A DNA stretch of 64,000 bases. Origin: Perkinsus olseni. Taxonomy: Eukaryota. Position 1 is the stretch's first letter. Each line of letters opens with the position of its first letter. The stretch covers positions 1-64,000 of the forward strand of contig JABANN010000090.1 in NCBI GenBank assembly GCA_013115125.1, given 5' to 3'. Shown one piece after another: positions 59,315 through 64,000 of this stretch. A program made the translations under genes and the position numbers. The notes beneath the pieces are model-generated. The model searched no databases. It was not told the DNA's origin and saw only the letters and a list, made by a program, of their open reading frames with translations.

Positions 59315-60896
59315 TCACGTAGTTACCAGAAACATTATGCTAATCCATAAACAGCGCAGTGGCGAGTCTGACTGGACAAGCCCAACCGCCCTAAGGCTCC
59401 GTCTACAGTACTTCACCCAAATGGAACATGACAATCTACGACGCTACGCTTGCTCCGTCCGCCCCTCACGATACTACGGCATATGGTAAGTCTGAGCCCC
59501 CGTCGTTGGCGCCCTCCGCTGGATGACTACACGATGGTCGATCTGAGGATGGACTAGAGGCAAACTGCCAGTCGGGCAGTACCAGCTCCGTGAGCAGGGA
59601 CTTCAACTTCACATGGTTGGAGGCTATCGCCTTCCTCTTAGTAACCTTCAACAGCGTGTCGAAAGGGACGGTCCCTGTGAATCGCGTTGGCACTCTACCA
59701 ATGGGGCCCAGTACTACCATCAGGCTCTGACGTGTCCAGCAACAGAAGGGCGAGATGCTTCAATAAATTAAGGTGGTTCGGCGTAAGGGACTTTAGCACC
59801 TATTCGGCCGCTCAACCCAAGAGCCTAGCCCACCCCAGACGGCCGCCTACCACCGCCAGGCCTGCTCCACCATAGGCCGTGCACCCCTCACCCCTGCCTC
59901 CCCCTAGCCCTGTCCATGCTGGCAGGGCTCTACCATTGAAAGCCATCACCTGTGGGGCAGCAGGGAGCCCACCGAGGAGGGCTGTGAGCCTACTTCGCGG
60001 GTGTAGTCCAGTCTCGTGTGGACGGGGATATTGAGAAAGGCGAAAGTTTCGAGTATGTTACCCATCAAGGCCGAGCGATGATGGTCCACTGAGGCTACCA
60101 AGTGTATCTGCCGACCTTCACTGTCACGTGCAAGGATCAACCTAAGATACCGTCGGAGAAGCTGCCACTATGACCGCCAGGCACTCAAGCACTTCATCAC
60201 CTCCGTACTCCACCAGACGCTCGATGTTGTCGATTACCTGCTCACGCGGGAACCGTACCAACACTCGAAAGACGGAAATCGAAAAAGCAAAGACAGGGCC
60301 TCGACCAACGCAAATGAGGAACCGCCCTTCCCCCGTAGTAAGGCAGCCAGACTGACAGGGAAGAGAGGGAGGCCCTACCAGGTATATTCTGGTAGGGGAC
60401 CTGGACGTACGTGAATGATACTGGGACAGCTGGGCCTGACCAGCAAGAGGAGGAAGAGGAGACCGTCTTATGATCATCAATTTCTCTATCTTATAGTACC
60501 AATTTTCGCGCAACTTCCAGCAAGGTCGCATCGTTAGCGACTAAAGCATGGCGGAATATAAAGTCGAAGACGCCAAGGAGGCAGCGGTGGAGTATCGAAG
60601 CTCCACCTAAGGAGAGCCTGAAGGGCCGATCCTTCCGGGCCTCTCACTCATGCCCCGTGGCGATGCCATATAGCCTTCGATCCTGACGACGTAGCCATCA
60701 CTCAGACCCTCATCGGCGAAGTCACTTAAGAGTGGTATCTTACTCCCGTATCTGGCATGAGTCGACCTCCAGGCATATCTTGAGGTTGAGCATGGTACCC
60801 ATAGAACAGCAGGTTGAACCGACTGTGCAGTAAACTCCGCCATTGAGGGTAGCTATCCCGCAGTCCCTCCAGTAGGATGGACTCCTTATCAGCCAT
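59315..60896 (-). CDS. ORC2: Origin recognition complex subunit 2, multi-exon (ends approximate)
   Basis: YPQW...FNLLFYG|YGSK..LL.DF, IYLV|VIDNIE, IHLVASVDH, VLKSLTPN and LLTEL|IDH motifs. Confidence 0.85.
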
Positions 60897-61177
60897 GCTC
60901 CCCTGTGATACTACCAAGGTATCCTAGACAACAGATGCTCACTCAATCACAGCTCGAGACCGTTTCGATCCGCCCTCCACCCAACCACAACAACGCCGTC
61001 TCCACGCGTGTACTGTCTTCCAATTCTTTCGTAAATAAGTCCGCCGAGAGCAGTCCAAGGCATCAGTGGCCGTCGGGTCCTGTCATCCTCGGCGCCGGGA
61101 GCCTTTCTTGCATTTTTCCTGCAAGTCGGTCGGCCGTCTCTTCCCTATCAGCGCAACTCTTGTCAAGTGGTCTCACA

Positions 61178-64000
61178 ATGCCTGTCCTCTGGAGGAGGAT
61201 GTTGATAGCCGGCCGGGGCCGTATAATGCACACTACTACTGGGTAAGGGGCTGGTCATACCATAAATCGCCATATTCAGCTTTTCAGACGCCCACTCGGC
61301 CACTTCGGGAGGCCTGTGGGGGCCTGTACGCGGTAATAAGGTACTATCAATACGGATTGGACGTCGTCGTTCTAGATCGTTCTGCGCGGCTAGCGGAGGG
61401 TGGGGAGACCTCCACTTAGCTGCAGCCACTGGTAACCTGAGCCTAGTGAAGTCCCTAGTGGAGAATGGATACGACATCGATGAGCGCATGATGGTGAGGC
61501 GCCGACGGAGGGGGATCAGTGGCGGTGTTCAATAGACTGCCTCTCCCGAGTTTCAGGAGCGCTCCCAGGATTGAATTTAACGTGTGAAATATGATTCTAG
61601 AAGCGTTGTTGAAGCTCAGGAGAGATCTATTGAACACGCGGATTATCTCCACAGAAAGTGGTAGACAACCCCATCCCATTGCTATCCGTCTATTCCGCTG
61701 GTCGTGGAGCGCGTTCAGTTTTCTAGCTTGAAGAGGTCTTCTCATGTGAGTGCAAGTACTGAGCGATAGGCCCCTCTTGATTTACTTATTCTGCTGAGCC
61801 GCAATGGGACGTCGTAGGAGTTATGGAGAGTGTGGTACTTGGATTACCTGCTTAGTCTCTCCCGCGCATGACGATCGCTGCTCGGCGTTCGACGCCATCC
61901 CCAGCTGGCATGCGTTCAGGATCGCAGCACGCCCCTTCACCTGGCTGCCGCTAATGGTTGGATTCCTGTCATAGACTATCTTATGGAGAAGGGTGCTTCC
62001 CTGGACGCTGTCGATGTGGTAATAATACCGCTGTCTCTTCCCTCCTATCTATAGTCGTCGTGCTGTTCAGAGCGGCTTGACTCCCCTACAGAAGGCCTTG
62101 ACTACTCAACAGCAGAAGTCTGTACAGGCCCTAAGTGGATGGAAGGCCAAGGGGGTCGATGTAGTACCTCTCACTATCAACACTAAGTGAAAAGGCGCTC
62201 CCTTCCTTCTTGTGATTTCATTCAACTGACAAGGCTCTGGAGCATCACAGCTCAGCGGTCTCCAGTTTGATTCTCGCTCCATCTCATTGGAATGCTATGA
62301 AGATCCTCTCATACCAAGGACCTTCATCCATAGACCCGGCGTTATCCCTCAGGCGGATAGGGCTATGCAGGCCACCACGTTTAGGGACATGAGTCCAGAT
62401 GATGACTCGGTACAGTGACTTCAACGTCGACCCCATCAACTGACAACAATTCCTTCTTATTGTCACAGCTCGGTCGATCGCCGGTCCATCGGGCCGCCTT
62501 GTGGCGCCGTCCAGACTTAGTTCGAGACTTATTAAATCTTATCGGATGTGACCCATGCCATGCAAGCTCGTAAGCTGATGTCCCCAGCCACTCCTGCGCT
62601 GTTTTGTTCTCTACACGATGGGTATCTCCCGCTGTGGTCTAGGTCCGGCGAAACGGCCGTCCACGTAGCGGCCGAGTTGAAGAATGAGGACGTCCTTCAG
62701 GAGGTAGAAGGGAAGATCATTTCCAGCCATACCGAGATCCCCTATCAGATTATTAATTTCGTCGGGCCCTCGGCGGCTGATGTAGACTACCCGGTAATCG
62801 TCGAAAAATGCTGCGGTAATAGTTCGGGAACAGCTGGCAGTATTAATTCAACGGCACACTAGTACTGCTATGCGCCTTGTGTGAGACCGTCACAAACCAG
62901 ATCGGAGGCCTCCTAGCGTGTGCTCTGCTGGGCAGTATAGCACAAAAGCAGTCGCGCCCCTTCTACAACGCTCTGTATCGTTATCGTTGTACGGACTGGC
63001 AGTGAAATGAGAACTTCCGTGCAATCCATCCATCTTGGGGAGTAGTGCTCCCCAAGTGTACTCCTGGAGTACTCATACGCTGCTCGTCATTCTCAGCCCT
63101 GGAGGACCTCCTCACACTGCAAGACAAGTCAGGCCGTCGTGTCAAGGACATGCCGGGCGCTGGTCACATCCTGGCGGCTATTCTCCGTGGGAGGGCCTAC
63201 GCAGTCGATGTGAAACGATTTGTACGAGCGAAGTATCCCCAGCTGTCCCTGCTGCAACCCTCCAAGCCGCGGGAGCGCATACCAGTGAATATCAACTCCA
63301 GGGACGAGGTGAGAGGAAACACTGTGCGCCGCTCACCTGCCCTCAGGGCATAGCTCACTAGCGTGACAGTCGTCTATGGATAAACGACACAGTACCATTA
63401 CCAGGCGTCGAGAAAATTGGAAAGACATGTATAGTAGACCTCTTGTTCCGAGGTTGAAGCATGCGCAAGACGGGCAGCAGCTCCTTGGGTGGTGTTTGCC
63501 TGCGCAGCCTTTCCCTACTCAGTACGGCTACACGGCCCTCCATCATGCTGCGATACGGAGTAGGTCTTCAGGGTGCTGTTCGGGTAGACGTAACTTCATC
63601 AAAATGGACAAGCTGCTTCAGTATGGCGCGGACATCGATGCCCGCTGCCGAGTAAGGCTCAGACCACCACCTCCACCGCCGTCCTCACTGTGATGTCCCT
63701 ACCTCACAGCTCCACGGAGCCACCCCATTACACTATGTGGCTGCCTCTTGCGACGCCGTAGCGCTGGGGGCAGACCTGCTCATGGCCAACGGTGCTGATG
63801 TCAATGCTCAGACGAGTGTAAGGGTCCTCAGCTTCTCGGGTCGTCAATGGCTGTCTTGATACTGTAGGCATGCGGAGAGACGCCGCTGCATTGGGCAGTG
63901 AAGAGCGCTTCGGATGTGCACTTTGCCATGGTCAAGGCCCTACTGGAAGCGGGAGCCGACCCGACCGTACAGACCTTCCGATCGACCACACATCCTAGGA
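61178..64000 (+). CDS. Ankyrin-repeat protein, multi-exon, truncated by the window end
   Basis: Phase-consistent first exons MPVLWRRMLIAGRG... lead into repeats DLHLAAATGN, TPLHLAAANG, GLTPLQKA, GRSPVHRAA, GETAVHVAA, GYTALHHAA, GATPLHYVA and GETPLHWAV. Confidence 0.8.

Noticed and set aside
1..64000. Spliced-leader RNA gene or SL relic (CCGTAGCCAT(C/T)(T)TGGCTCAAG type)
   Set aside because: Only short partial matches were seen (for example about 26761, 34138 and 40221); no full leader found by eye.
1..64000. CRISPR arrays, rRNA, or transposase/reverse transcriptase genes
   Set aside because: No repeat-spacer array, rRNA-like sequence or mobile-element protein motif was recognised.

Overview
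Gene-dense eukaryotic DNA with many short (about 45-60 nt) GT-AG introns. It is most likely from a myzozoan alveolate such as Perkinsus; this is an inference from the intron style, a plasmepsin IX/X-like protease and an expanded family of intronless aspartyl proteases. In order, the window holds: a large intronless FKRP/LicD-like protein, a CCCH zinc-finger gene, an SLC35F6-like transporter, a nucleotide-diphospho-sugar transferase, two identical initiator tRNA-Met genes (one antisense inside an intron), an Mpv17/PMP22 gene, an eIF4B-like RRM gene, an ERICH3-motif protein, a second CCCH paralogue, three tandem MOSC/mARC genes, CCDC113, an aspartyl-protease array interleaved with RPL7-like and nucleoplasmin-like genes, a plasmepsin IX/X-like gene, VIP1/PPIP5K, CWC15, a tetraspanin-like gene, ORC2, and an ankyrin-repeat gene that runs off the end. 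The best candidate for an undescribed system is a possible Golgi glycan-modification cluster in the first 12.6 kb. Spliced models were assembled by eye, so several ends are approximate, and family calls rest on remembered motifs, not database searches.
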